The translations under genes were made by a program, and so were the position numbers. The notes below the pieces were generated by a model, which ran no database searches, was not told where the DNA came from, and saw nothing but the letters and a program-made list of their open reading frames with translations. A stretch of DNA of 64,000 bases from an uncultured Gammaproteobacteria bacterium (GTDB lineage Bacteria; Patescibacteriota; Microgenomatia; Levybacterales; UBA12049): positions 133,499-197,498 of the forward strand of contig CAZCCG010000003.1 in NCBI GenBank assembly GCA_964497535.1, written 5' to 3'. Numbering within the stretch: position 1 is the first letter of the stretch; every line of letters begins with the position of its first letter. This document shows positions 63,550 through 64,000 of this stretch, piece after piece.

Positions 63550-63876
63550 TTACTTAATCTGCTCTCGGTATAGCATAATCCTCCCAAGGTTAGCCGCCAA
63601 GTGAAGTGCTACATACTCGCTCGTGCCCTCTACCCCAACTATGTCTTTTAGTCCAATGTTGGGGCTGGCACTAATCCCTCCACTGCTTCGAGTATCAAGC
63701 CGGATCTCGACTCGGCCTGCCTCCGGTCCTTGGCCTTCTAGTGAGAAGGCCTTGTACGATACAAGGATGCCATATAGCTCTTTTGGTTCAGTTACTACGA
63801 GATGGTCAATGAACTCGTCGAGTAGACTTCGTAACTCTGCCAGGGTCATTTTTCCCTCCACGGCATGTCGCCGCAA
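63550..63876 (-). CDS. hypothetical protein
   Basis: 108 aa ORF followed by a hairpin; start uncertain. Confidence 0.5.
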   Translation of the reverse strand: MRRHAVEGKMTLAELRSLLDEFIDHLVVTEPKELYGILVSYKAFSLEGQGPEAGRVEIRLDTRSSGGISASPNIGLKDIVGVEGTSEYVALHLAANLGRIMLYREQIK

Positions 63877-63933
63877 ATTATGCTTTGAGGATTATAACAG
63901 AACTTAGGGCGAAAATAAACTATAGGATGCATT

Positions 63934-63956
63934 ACTGGCTCTCCTGGGTTATGTGG
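63934..63956 (+). repeat. direct repeat copy 2 (actggctctcctgggttatgtgg)
   Basis: Near-identical to 61497-61518. Confidence 0.5.
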
Positions 63957-64000
63957 GTACTTCTTTTAGATTGACATATTCTTAAGCAAGAAGTATTCTA

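Overview
Gene-dense, AT-rich bacterial chromosome segment. Gene content and style (short MutY, Microgenomates-like type IV pilus operon, apparently leaderless genes) suggest a CPR/Patescibacteria genome, probably Microgenomates; this is inference. From left to right: (1) yebC region and a ~1 kb non-coding gap with a candidate dif site and KOPS-like octamers, probably the replication terminus, with a single Xer recombinase 4 kb away. (2) Trehalase, transaldolase and a pyrB-carA-(four-helix-bundle)-carB-pyrC pyrimidine operon. (3) Peptidases, folD, gyrB-ppa-gyrA, an MFS transporter, ahcY and a PfkB kinase. (4) A large type IV pilus locus (pilB/T/C, 7 pilin-like genes, two GT-C glycosyltransferases, pilD, pilMNO), interrupted by an AT-rich cluster: an HTH-NB-ARC-membrane regulator, a PLP decarboxylase, GAMT-like and NNMT/PNMT-like methyltransferases, an SMR-like exporter, a paralogous stand-alone membrane sensor and a GAF histidine kinase. 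This is a candidate methylated-amine signal synthesis and sensing system and the strongest novel candidate. (5) rpmF-nusB-rnc-rpsP-khpA-trmD, mutY and a PurD-like ATP-grasp cassette. The window also carries many short inverted-repeat elements: filled and empty heptamer-armed cassettes, MITE-like pairs, and palindromes inserted in frame in pyrC, mutY and a pilin leader. No tRNA, rRNA or CRISPR array was recognised. All protein calls are by motif recognition, not database search.
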